Of a DNA stretch of 64,000 nucleotides, positions 57,301-64,000 are shown in pieces (within the stretch, counting starts at the first letter, position 1; each line of letters opens with the position of its first letter). A program made the position numbers and the translations under genes. Origin of the DNA: Prevotella sp. (GTDB taxonomy: Bacteria; Bacteroidota; Bacteroidia; Bacteroidales; Bacteroidaceae); contig JALETQ010000018.1 in the NCBI GenBank assembly GCA_022781445.1, forward strand, positions 323 through 64,322. The letters are read 5' to 3'. Below the pieces are notes generated by a model. The model saw only the letters and a program-made list of their open reading frames with translations. It was not told where the DNA came from and did not search any database.

Positions 57301-58212
57301 CGAATGGTTGTCGACAACGATGACATTATAATTGAAAGCGGTTTCTTGTTGCAAGGCCGAAGTTACGGCATCAGCGATGGTTTTGCAACGGTTGAATACG
57401 GGAATGATGACCGAGGCTTCATGGGCAAAAATATCCTCATCGAGATCTGGTTCGATAACGCCCGACATATCCACTTTCGCACCGATGGCTTCGAGATGGG
57501 CGGTGGCTACGAGTTCCATTTCCACTTGAACCTCGCGGTTTCGGGGATTAACGTAATCAAATTGCTTTTCACCGCTTGCCCGCAAGTCGAGTTCGACCTC
57601 GGTATATAGGTATTCGTTGAGATGAAACAGTTTTCCTTTTCTACTGAGATACAGTCGCAAATCATACCATCCGGCATAATGGTAAGCCGGCAACGAGGCT
57701 GCCGAGGCGTAATCGCGCAGATGTTCGGAGCGAATCAATACGAGCGAACCGAAGTCGAAGTCGTCACGGATGCTGCCTTTCTGGTAGTCGATGACAGGAT
57801 GAGGCTTGCGTGTTCCAACGGTCAAGGCGTCGTCGATGATACCCGTTTCGGGTATCGTAGTACACTCGAGGCAATGACGATCGGCATAAATCATAGCTGC
57901 CTGGGTGGCATCGGCTACTCCGATGAGGCGCTCGAGGGCTGCTTCTCCAAGTAGCAACGGTGTGGACTTGAGGCATAAAACGGCATATTCGGCAGCTGCC
58001 TCTCGTGCCATGTTGAGCATGGTCTGCGACGATTGTAGGCGGTCGGTTACCAGCCATCGGCAGCCATCGGGCAACTCATGACCGGCAATGAAAGCCTCAT
58101 TGACCATCAAAAATATATGTCTGACACTGACCGAGTGGCGTAATTGAGCCACAAGGTGACGAGCAACGGATAGGTCGTTGCACGGCAAAAAGATATCTGT
58201 TTTATGCCACAT
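54382..58212 (-). CDS. Large multidomain protein: N-terminal GT-A-like region plus family-2 glycosyltransferase plus HIT/GalT-like (DUF4922-type) nucleotidyltransferase/phosphorylase plus SpoIID/LytB domain
   Basis: 1276 aa, single uninterrupted ORF. GT2 region: aa about 265-510 (SVIIPVFNR, VVDNHSTDGT, LDSDD). HIT-like region: aa about 525-815 (NPFPILPMHFTI, APDHLHFQ). SpoIID region: aa about 850-1276 (ERYLMSVISSEM, AHAVVSRSW, CADDHCQRYQG, ARYSKCCGG, GHGVGLCQIGA). No signal peptide or TM helix is apparent. Confidence 0.8.
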   Translation of the reverse strand: MWHKTDIFLPCNDLSVARHLVAQLRHSVSVRHIFLMVNEAFIAGHELPDGCRWLVTDRLQSSQTMLNMAREAAAEYAVLCLKSTPLLLGEAALERLIGVADATQAAMIYADRHCLECTTIPETGIIDDALTVGTRKPHPVIDYQKGSIRDDFDFGSLVLIRSEHLRDYASAASLPAYHYAGWYDLRLYLSRKGKLFHLNEYLYTEVELDLRASGEKQFDYVNPRNREVQVEMELVATAHLEAIGAKVDMSGVIEPDLDEDIFAHEASVIIPVFNRCKTIADAVTSALQQETAFNYNVIVVDNHSTDGTTEVLNEMKARLDSDPATKGKLIHIIPQRRDLGIGGCWNTAVEDDRCGRFAVQLDSDDLYSSPLTLQHIVDCFRQERAAMVIGSYRMCDFSLQTLPPGIIDHREWTTDNGANNALRINGLGAPRAFYTPLLRAMPLPNTSYGEDYAAGLAFSRRYKIGRIYDELYLCRRWEGNSDAALSVEKINANNLYKDRLRTIEIAVRQQVTSDDVPDEADESILRFFHHQLSSWKDAADNYRRLADVKTKTVHAGETELMVQYNEGRIASTTAKIDPGSVAKRPCFLCQANRPECQTFRRVEHHWQLLVNPFPILPMHFTIAHDEHRPQQIEGNERAFYRLLRQYRQRMVFYNGPRCGASAPDHLHFQLGTSGILPIQKSWKRLSRNLETVLTVNDREGIFLIHGYVCPAFVIKSRHKEIGARLLTYLHRSLDVAEGDTEPMINLIGWHENDEDLVVVFPRRKHRPDCYGVPEDRRLMVSPGAIDMGGLLITPRQTDFDRIDDKAGDILQEVSLSWEDVENLTARIRAKADERTCALTSSLPKTEPTVSVGIVSGEQLVFDLNSPYRAKGEVAEGEQKVELAEGGILWNGNIYSELNFEPLSGEASFSLREVTIGVNFHWERQETQTFNGILSLVVYEGKICAINRLPVERYLMSVISSEMNATSSPELLKAHAVVSRSWLLAQLAKRRMNAEGENNFFSFIKSEDTFIRWYDREDHGIFDVCADDHCQRYQGITKAANTHVVDAVKQTRGQILVYGDEICDARYSKCCGGMTEEFQFCWENKPKPYLVALRDVAGEEGENPHDWQRWVRSAPDAFCNTADRHVLQQVLNDYDQETPDFYRWTVDYTQAELTELIGRKMKMDFGDILDLVAEERGRSGRISRLRIVGTKRTFTIGKELEIRRVLSESHLYSSAFDTEKSDIVDGVPQHFRLYGAGWGHGVGLCQIGAAVMGEQGYAYRDILLHYYRHADIRQAYQ

Positions 58213-58807
58213 TCCTTTTCTTGATTATGCTTTGAGGCAGGTTCTGTCAGTACCCGCCTTACCGGTTGTCTTCGAATTACAGATTCCGTTTTGTCTTTTT
58301 TCGGCTTTTTGTCGGTGCTGAACGCAGGTTTTTTCAGTCGCAATGCTTCACATTGCTTTTTCAAAAACGTACACATTCACCCTTGGTTAAAAGCTCATCA
58401 TCAGACAAAGCAATTTTAAGAACCTGCCTTTATTCTTCATCTGCCGAAGAAGAGGGACACTCGAACCCTTTTTTCAAACTGATGCAAATGTACGAATAAC
58501 CGTCTGAATACCCAAATTTTCACGGCCTTTCGTAAGGTCTCTCCCCTGTAACATACAGCTTTGATGGCGTGAAGCCACAAGACACAGCATTCGTTGTGCC
58601 GATTTGTTCACTATGGTCGAAAGAGTTTGATGTGAATGGTTGGGTTAGTCGATAGTTTTTTCGTTGGTATGATGTGTGCCGGGTTGGTTAATTTTGTTCA
58701 TTGAACCCTCTAAAAAAGCAACATTCCGAAGTGCTGTGATGGCACGAGAATGTTGCTCGGTGTTGTTGGCCATGGGGCGTAAGTGGCTTGTCATCGCCGT
58801 TGACCTA

Positions 58808-58898
58808 TGGCGGAAGGTGAGGGATTCAAACCCCCGATACCCGAAGAGGGTATACCGGATTTCGAGTCCAGCGCGATCGTTCACTCTGCCAACCTTCC
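58808..58898 (-). tRNA. tRNA-Ser (anticodon CGA), type II with long variable arm, CCA encoded
   Basis: Minus strand: GGAAGGT acceptor paired with ACCTTCC, anticodon stem CTGGA/TCCGG with loop CTCGAAA, variable arm ATACCC-TCTTC-GGGTAT, T-arm GGGGG-TTTGAAT-CCCTC, then G-CCA. The D-loop lacks GG and the T-loop has T at the C56 position (see findings). Confidence 0.8.
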
Positions 58899-58911
58899 TC
58901 AAATGTGTCTG

Positions 58912-58919
58912 CAAAAGTA
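58912..58919 (-). promoter_or_regulatory. -7 box TACTTTTG for tRNA-Ser
   Basis: Plus-strand CAAAAGTA equals minus-strand TACTTTTG, 14 nt upstream of the tRNA 5-prime end. Confidence 0.5.
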
Positions 58920-59276
58920 ATGAATTTTGTTGGATAAGACAAACATTCGTGCAAAAAATAAGATGGTCTTTTCCAAAAATAAGTCCTTGAATGCTTCTAC
59001 CCCAATTGGATGTGAGAGCATTTTGTATTACATTTCATACCGTCACGACATTTTCAGCGTGGTATTTCCATTTTCCAACCTATGAGCATAGGATTACAAG
59101 TTTATGCCTATGATGGCAACATCTGTTCGCCATGACACCTTGTCGGCATTTTTTAGCCGGTTGATATGGGTGAAGTTCGCACCGCTCATATGAAAACGGC
59201 AGTCATATTACCCGAAAAATCCAATAAATCCTACTCCGACTTTTTTTCGTGAACGGATGTGACGAGGGCCTTGATG

Positions 59277-59867
59277 TCATTCGCCGAACGATAGTTTTGC
59301 GAGTCGTTCTCGTAGTTGTTCGGCTTCAGACTTCCTGATCGACAGCGTGATGGAACAATTGGTTTCGAATGTCTGGCTGACGATGCGGGGTGACATTTCC
59401 TTGACGATGCGCATCACATCGTTCATCATGGGGTAGGTGAAGTTGTATTCCACCTGCTCTTCGACCTGACGGGTGATGACTTCGGCGTTATCGAGTGCTT
59501 CTCTTGCCGCCTGTCTGTATGCCACTACAAGTCCGCCTGTTCCGAGGTTGATGCCACCGTAATATCTCACAACAATGACGAGTACGTTGGTGAGTTCGAG
59601 TGCATTGATTTGTCCGAGGATAGGTTTACCGGCCGTACCTCCCGGTTCGCCGTCGTCGTTGGCTCTGTAGTCTTTGCGCTCATGTCCCAGCATATAGGCG
59701 TAGCAAACGTGTCTTGCGTCGTAGTAGCGTTTGCGATAGTCTTGAACCAACTGTTTGATGTCGTCGACGTTTTCGACAAAATGAGAAAAGGCGAGGAACT
59801 TACTCCTTTTCTCGGTGTAAATTCCCTCGCCGATATGATGACTGATCGTTTTGTATTCGTCAATCAC
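59277..59867 (-). CDS. yigZ: YigZ / IMPACT-family protein
   Basis: 196 aa. ...EKRSKFLAFSHFVENV...DARHVCYAYMLG...DDGEPGGTAGKPIL... are canonical UPF0029 motifs. Confidence 0.8.
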   Translation of the reverse strand: MIDEYKTISHHIGEGIYTEKRSKFLAFSHFVENVDDIKQLVQDYRKRYYDARHVCYAYMLGHERKDYRANDDGEPGGTAGKPILGQINALELTNVLVIVVRYYGGINLGTGGLVVAYRQAAREALDNAEVITRQVEEQVEYNFTYPMMNDVMRIVKEMSPRIVSQTFETNCSITLSIRKSEAEQLRERLAKLSFGE

Positions 59868-59872
59868 AAGTG

Positions 59873-61120
59873 TTACGACAGTTTGTGGATAACCAAGCCA
59901 CTGCGCAGTTTAGGTTCGAACCATGTAGCCTTGGGAGGCATGATGTTGCCACTGTCGGCAATGTCCATGATTTGTTGCATCGAAACGGGATAGAGGGCCA
60001 AAGCCATCTTCATCTCGCCGTTGTCTACTCTTCTCTTGAGTTCTTCGAGTCCGCGCAGACCACCAACGAAGTCGATGCGCTTGTCCGAACGGAGGTCTTT
60101 GATACCCAGCAGATCATCGAGGATGAGACGGCTGGAGATGTCTACGTCGAGCACACCGATGGGATCGGCATCGTTGAATGTGCCTTCTTTGGCCACGAGG
60201 CTGTACCAGCGACCGTCAACGTAGAGGGAGAACTCGTGGAGTTTGGCGGGTTTGTAAGCTTCGGTGCCTTTATCGGTCACGGTGAAGTTTTTCTTCAGGG
60301 CTTCGAGGAACTGCTCGGTGGTCATGCCGTTGAGATCCTTCACCACGCGGTTGTAGTCCAAAATGGTGAGTTGTGATGCTTGGAAGCACACAGCCATGAA
60401 GTAGTTATATTCTTCGTCGCCTTTGTGGTTGGGGTTTTGTTGTTGTTTTTCGGCACCCACGAGGGCAGCGGCAGCTGAACGGTGATGGCCGTCGGCGATG
60501 TAGAGGCTGGGCATCTTGGCAAATTCGTCGGTAATCAGCTTGATGTCGTTATCGTCGGAGATGACCCACAGCTGATGACGGAATCCGTCGATGGGAGCGA
60601 TAAAGTCATACTCGGGAGCTGTGGCGGCATAGCGCATGATGAGGGTGTCGAGCGTGGTGTTGTCGGGATAGGCGAAGAACACGGGTTCGATGTTGGCATT
60701 GTTTACGCGAACATGCTTCATGCGGTCTTCTTCCTTGTCGCGACGGGTCAGCTCATGTTTTTTGATGACACCGGTCATGTAGTCGTTCACATAGGCACCC
60801 ACGACGAGACCATATTGTGTTTTGCCGTTCATGGTTTGGGCATAGATATAATATTGGTCTTTGTCGTCTTGCTTGAGCCAGCCTTTGTCTTGGAACATCT
60901 GGAAGTTCTCGGCAGCCTTTTCATACACGCGGGGATCGTATTCACTGGTACCCGGTTCGAAGTTGATTTCGGGTTTGATGATACGATAGAGACTCATCTC
61001 GTTGTCGCCTGCCTCGGCGCGTGCTTCTTCAGAATCCAACACGTCGTAGGGACGAGACTCTACTCTCTCCACATATTCTTTGGGAGGTCTGATACCTTTG
61101 AATGGTTTGATGATTGCCAT
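59873..61120 (-). CDS. DUF1015 domain-containing protein
   Basis: 415 aa. MAIIKPFKGIRP...SRPYDVL...YIADGHHRSAAA... is characteristic of DUF1015. Confidence 0.8.
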   Translation of the reverse strand: MAIIKPFKGIRPPKEYVERVESRPYDVLDSEEARAEAGDNEMSLYRIIKPEINFEPGTSEYDPRVYEKAAENFQMFQDKGWLKQDDKDQYYIYAQTMNGKTQYGLVVGAYVNDYMTGVIKKHELTRRDKEEDRMKHVRVNNANIEPVFFAYPDNTTLDTLIMRYAATAPEYDFIAPIDGFRHQLWVISDDNDIKLITDEFAKMPSLYIADGHHRSAAAALVGAEKQQQNPNHKGDEEYNYFMAVCFQASQLTILDYNRVVKDLNGMTTEQFLEALKKNFTVTDKGTEAYKPAKLHEFSLYVDGRWYSLVAKEGTFNDADPIGVLDVDISSRLILDDLLGIKDLRSDKRIDFVGGLRGLEELKRRVDNGEMKMALALYPVSMQQIMDIADSGNIMPPKATWFEPKLRSGLVIHKLS

Positions 61121-61127
61121 GGCTTTC

Positions 61128-62045
61128 TTATTTGTTTACTTGGAACTTGGTGCATCCGTCTTTGAAGAATGCGTTGATTTGTTGCGCGGCAGCGATGCCT
61201 GCATTGATGTTGGCTTCCGCGGTCTGGGCACCCATTTTCTTGGGAGTGCTGAAATAGCGTCCTTCAAACTTGGCAAACTCGGCGTCGGCATCGGGCTTGA
61301 TGTCGGTCATGTATTTCAAGTCTTCGCGTTCGCTCATGAGTTTGATGAGTTCGGGCTCGTTGATGACTTCTTTGCGAGCCGTGTTGACAACGATACCGCC
61401 TTTTTTCATCTGTCCTACCGTAGCGTAGTTGATGCTTTCTTTGGTTTCGGGTGTGGCAGGGATGTGGAGCGAAACGATGTCGCAGGTCTTGAAGAGTTCA
61501 TCTTGGTTGGCCACAGCGTGAACACCTGCTTCTTCGATGGCGCTTGCAGGGCAGAAGGCATCATAGGCATAAACGTCCATGCCAAAACCTTTGGCGATGC
61601 GAGCCACGTTGCGTCCCACGTTACCGAACGCGAGGATGCCCAGTTTCTTGCCCATCAGCTCGGTGCCGGCTTTGCCGTTGAAGAGATTTCTGACAGCATA
61701 AACGAGCATACCGAACACGAGTTCGGCCACAGCGTTGGAGTTTTGGCCGGGAGTGTTCTCTGCCACAACATTGTGTGCGGTGGCGGCAGCGAGATCGATG
61801 TTGTCGTATCCGGCACCTGCGCGAACAACGATTTTGAGTTCCTTGGCAGCATCGAGGACTTCGGCATCGACCTTGTCCGAACGGATAATCATGGCATTGG
61901 CATCTTTCACTGCTTCGAGAAGCTGAGCTTTCTCGGTATATTTTTCGAGCAGAACGAGTTCGTGTCCGGCTCCTTCAATTTCTTTTCTGATACCGTCGAT
62001 AGCAACTGCTGCGAACGGTTTTTCTGTTGCAACTAATACTTTCAT
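61128..62045 (-). CDS. serA: D-3-phosphoglycerate dehydrogenase (short form, no ACT domain)
   Basis: 305 aa 2-hydroxyacid dehydrogenase. GILAFGNVGRNVAR NAD motif and an ...HIPATPETK... region. Sits between serC and the DUF1015 gene. Confidence 0.8.
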   Translation of the reverse strand: MKVLVATEKPFAAVAIDGIRKEIEGAGHELVLLEKYTEKAQLLEAVKDANAMIIRSDKVDAEVLDAAKELKIVVRAGAGYDNIDLAAATAHNVVAENTPGQNSNAVAELVFGMLVYAVRNLFNGKAGTELMGKKLGILAFGNVGRNVARIAKGFGMDVYAYDAFCPASAIEEAGVHAVANQDELFKTCDIVSLHIPATPETKESINYATVGQMKKGGIVVNTARKEVINEPELIKLMSEREDLKYMTDIKPDADAEFAKFEGRYFSTPKKMGAQTAEANINAGIAAAQQINAFFKDGCTKFQVNK

Positions 62046-62085
62046 GGGTTGAATGGTTTAATAATATAATGTGTAATGATGATTG

Positions 62086-62121
62086 AAAGACCAATCTCCG
62101 ACACGTCGAAAATTGGTCTTT
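62086..62121 (-). other. 10-bp perfect hairpin in the serC-serA intergenic spacer (attenuator or processing site?)
   Basis: AAAGACCAAT (62086..62095) pairs with ATTGGTCTTT (62112..62121). No U-run follows on the minus strand. Confidence 0.3.
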
Positions 62122-62142
62122 CGTCGATAACCTGCTGAAGGG

Positions 62143-63210
62143 TTAGTGTTTGGCTTCGAAGTCTTTCATGCACTGAACGAGGGCGTTGCATCCTTCAATG
62201 CTCATGGCGTTGTAGCAGCTTGCACGGAATCCACCTACCGAACGGTGTCCCTTCAAGCCTACCATTCCGCGTTCTGTTGCGAAATCGAAGAATTCTTTTT
62301 CGAGTTCTTTGTACTCGTCTTTCATCACGAAGCAGATGTTCATGAGTGAACGGTCTTCTTCTGCAACGGTTCCACGGAACAATTTGTTGCGATCGATTTC
62401 ACCGTAAACGATTTCACCGCGTTCTCTAGCAATCTTATCCATGGCAGCTACACCGCCATTGGCTTTGAGCCAGCGGAGAGTTTCGAGTGCGCAGTAGATG
62501 GGAACCACGGGAGGAGTGTTGAACATCGAGCCTTTTTCTACGTGTGTGCGATAGTCGAGCATGGTGGGGATTTCGCGGGGAGCGAGGCCGAGCTTGTCGT
62601 TCTTGACAATCACGAAAGTAACACCTGCCATGGCAAGGTTCTTCTGTGCACCACCATAGATAGCGTCATATTTGGATACGTCGATAGGACGGCTGAAAAT
62701 GTCGGACGACATATCGGCAATCATCGGAACGTTAACATCGTATTCTTTTCTAACTTCGGTTCCGTAAATGGTGTTGTTGGTCGTGATGTGAAGGTAGTCC
62801 ACATCAGCAGGGCATGTCCAATCTTTGGGGATGTAGGTGTAATTGGCTTCAGCAGAAGAAGCTAATTCGATAACATCGCCTACCAATTTGGCTTCCTTCA
62901 TGGCTTTCTTTGCCCAGACACCGGTGTTGAGGTAGGCAGCCTTCTTGATGAGGAAGTTGAGGGGAATCATGTAAAATTGGAGCGAAGCACCACCACCGAG
63001 GAATATAACGGAGTATCCTTCGGGGATTTCAAGCAGTTCCTTGAAGAGGGCTACAGCCTCATCGACAACAGGCTGGAAGTTCTTGGCACGGTGGCTCATT
63101 TCCATCAAGGAAAGACCCGAGCCTTCAAAATCTAAACATTGTTTGGCTGTGTTTTCAATCACTTCGCGCGGAAGAATTGAAGGACCCGCATTGAAATTGT
63201 ACTTTTTCAT
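62143..63210 (-). CDS. serC: Phosphoserine aminotransferase
   Basis: 355 aa. [28 protein letters not shown](L) with the PLP lysine, and FRASCYNA are canonical SerC sequence. Confidence 0.95.
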   Translation of the reverse strand: MKKYNFNAGPSILPREVIENTAKQCLDFEGSGLSLMEMSHRAKNFQPVVDEAVALFKELLEIPEGYSVIFLGGGASLQFYMIPLNFLIKKAAYLNTGVWAKKAMKEAKLVGDVIELASSAEANYTYIPKDWTCPADVDYLHITTNNTIYGTEVRKEYDVNVPMIADMSSDIFSRPIDVSKYDAIYGGAQKNLAMAGVTFVIVKNDKLGLAPREIPTMLDYRTHVEKGSMFNTPPVVPIYCALETLRWLKANGGVAAMDKIARERGEIVYGEIDRNKLFRGTVAEEDRSLMNICFVMKDEYKELEKEFFDFATERGMVGLKGHRSVGGFRASCYNAMSIEGCNALVQCMKDFEAKH

Positions 63211-63784
63211 GTTGGCTATAAATTTAAAGTATTGATAAATATGTTTTCATGTTTTACGCAGCGAAATTACGCTTTTATTTTGAACTAAACAAATATTTGA
63301 ACATAAAAAAGGCGAAAACCCGCAGGAATGGGACGGGTGTGAATATAAATTGCGGGAAATGACCGATTTATATTCATTTCCGGTGAGCTTCTGATGACAC
63401 GGAAGAGGGTTTGTAAAGGTGTTTTCCAACCTTCGATTGTCTTCCTCTTCGGAAGGCGCCCGGGATCTTTGTTCAATTCCAATGTTCATGAAACGGCAAG
63501 CCGGATGGGTTCGATGCCGGATGGGTGAATTGTCGGTTTTTGTGGGTGTATCGTATTGTGGAGCAAAAACCGGTGAAGTTTTATTTGTCAGGCTATCGAG
63601 CCAACGGTCGGAAATCGTCATTAACTGCATGAATCGGGTATCTTGCATACCAAAAACCGAGACAGGTCGGCTGTCGAATGTGGCTGTAAAAAGGAGGCTA
63701 CGCAAATGCAGATAAAGGTAGGTTGATGGGCATGTAAAGAGAATAAAGACGAGGAAAAGGAATGGTAATTCGACAGAAAATCCG

Positions 63785-63792
63785 TAATTTTG
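63785..63792 (+). promoter_or_regulatory. -7 box TAATTTTG upstream of the GNAT gene
   Basis: TAATTTTGACAC lies about 76-91 nt before the candidate ATGs at 63868/63883. Confidence 0.4.
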
Positions 63793-63882
63793 ACACATGA
63801 ATGACTACAGCCCTCGTTGTTACGAAAGAATATCATATGGAGAGAGAGTCGTTCTCACATCAGAAATATGGAAACGGAAAAC

Positions 63883-64000
63883 ATGAAAATGAAAATCACA
63901 CAGGCAAGCCCGCATGATTCGGCTGTCATAGCCCGACTCATCATGCTGGCGATGAACCATGATTGTTGTCAATATTTTGCAGGCGAACATCACACGCTTG
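63883..64000 (+). CDS. GNAT-family N-acetyltransferase, 5-prime partial (runs off the right edge)
   Basis: MKMKITQASPHDSAVIARLIMLAMNHDCCQYFAGEHHTL... has a start typical of a small GNAT family in Bacteroidetes. In-frame alternative ATGs are at 63868 and 63889. Confidence 0.5.
   Translation, partial: MKMKITQASPHDSAVIARLIMLAMNHDCCQYFAGEHHTL

Noticed and set aside
58235-58429. 11-bp perfect inverted repeat (AGGCAGGTTCT / AGAACCTGCCT) flanking 173 bp upstream of the 1276-aa gene; considered as an invertible promoter or long-range leader stem
   Set aside because: An 11-bp inverted repeat within 200 bp is expected a few times by chance in 64 kb. I found no TAnnTTTG box inside the flanked segment in either orientation, and no adjacent recombinase. 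It is kept only as a note.
63247-63798. 183-aa minus-strand ORF between serC and the GNAT gene
   Set aside because: It lies in an AT-rich promoter region, the sequence is low-complexity and Ser/Phe/Leu-rich, and it overlaps the candidate GNAT promoter. No support beyond being open.

Overview
This looks like a Bacteroidales-type chromosomal segment. GC is about 55% by eye, many genes have TAnnTTTG -7 boxes, lipoproteins carry a Cys-containing signal peptide, and there are TonB-dependent receptor plus lipoprotein pairs. Everything here comes from reading the sequence and the ORF track; no database search was run.

Gene order, left to right:
- A partial integrase-like 5-prime end (1..182) with a dense GGTAGCCAA motif cluster.
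- An EF-G paralog, hemW, a membrane protein with a LolA-like protein, yccF, a glutaredoxin-like gene and a YgbA-like gene.
- glyA, pyrI and pyrB, then a divergent serine palmitoyltransferase-like gene, tRNA-Pro(TGG) and hsp20.
- A cobalamin block of four consecutive fused cbi genes (cbiH-C, cbiE-T, cbiG-F, cbiJ-D) followed by hutD.
- A 307-bp tandem duplication covering the 5-prime end of a membrane-protein plus wHTH-regulator pair.
- A textbook cobalamin riboswitch in front of TonB receptor, beta-propeller-like lipoprotein, PepSY-TM protein, BtuF-like and BtuC-like genes. No ATPase gene is present.
- A 24-bp x 14 tandem array, then a second TonB receptor plus lipoprotein pair.
- A low-GC orphan wHTH plus nuclease-like gene, yaaA, a 22-bp palindromic iteron-like array and mltF.
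- A complete men operon (thioesterase-menF-D-B-C-E), class I fumarase and a 690-bp structured non-coding gap.
- ypfJ, two tandem AmpG-type MFS genes, and a 1276-aa fusion of GT2, HIT-like (DUF4922-type) and SpoIID domains.
- tRNA-Ser(CGA), then yigZ, a DUF1015 gene, serA and serC, and a partial GNAT gene.

Most interesting candidates:
- The AmpG x2 plus GT2/HIT-like/SpoIID module.
- The riboswitch-controlled receptor/lipoprotein/PepSY/BtuFC operon, which has a xenosiderophore-type architecture.
- The three unexplained tandem or iteron-like repeat arrays.
- The orphan nuclease-like gene.

The many long antisense or alternate-frame ORFs in the track are shadow ORFs of this GC-rich coding sequence and are not reported as genes.
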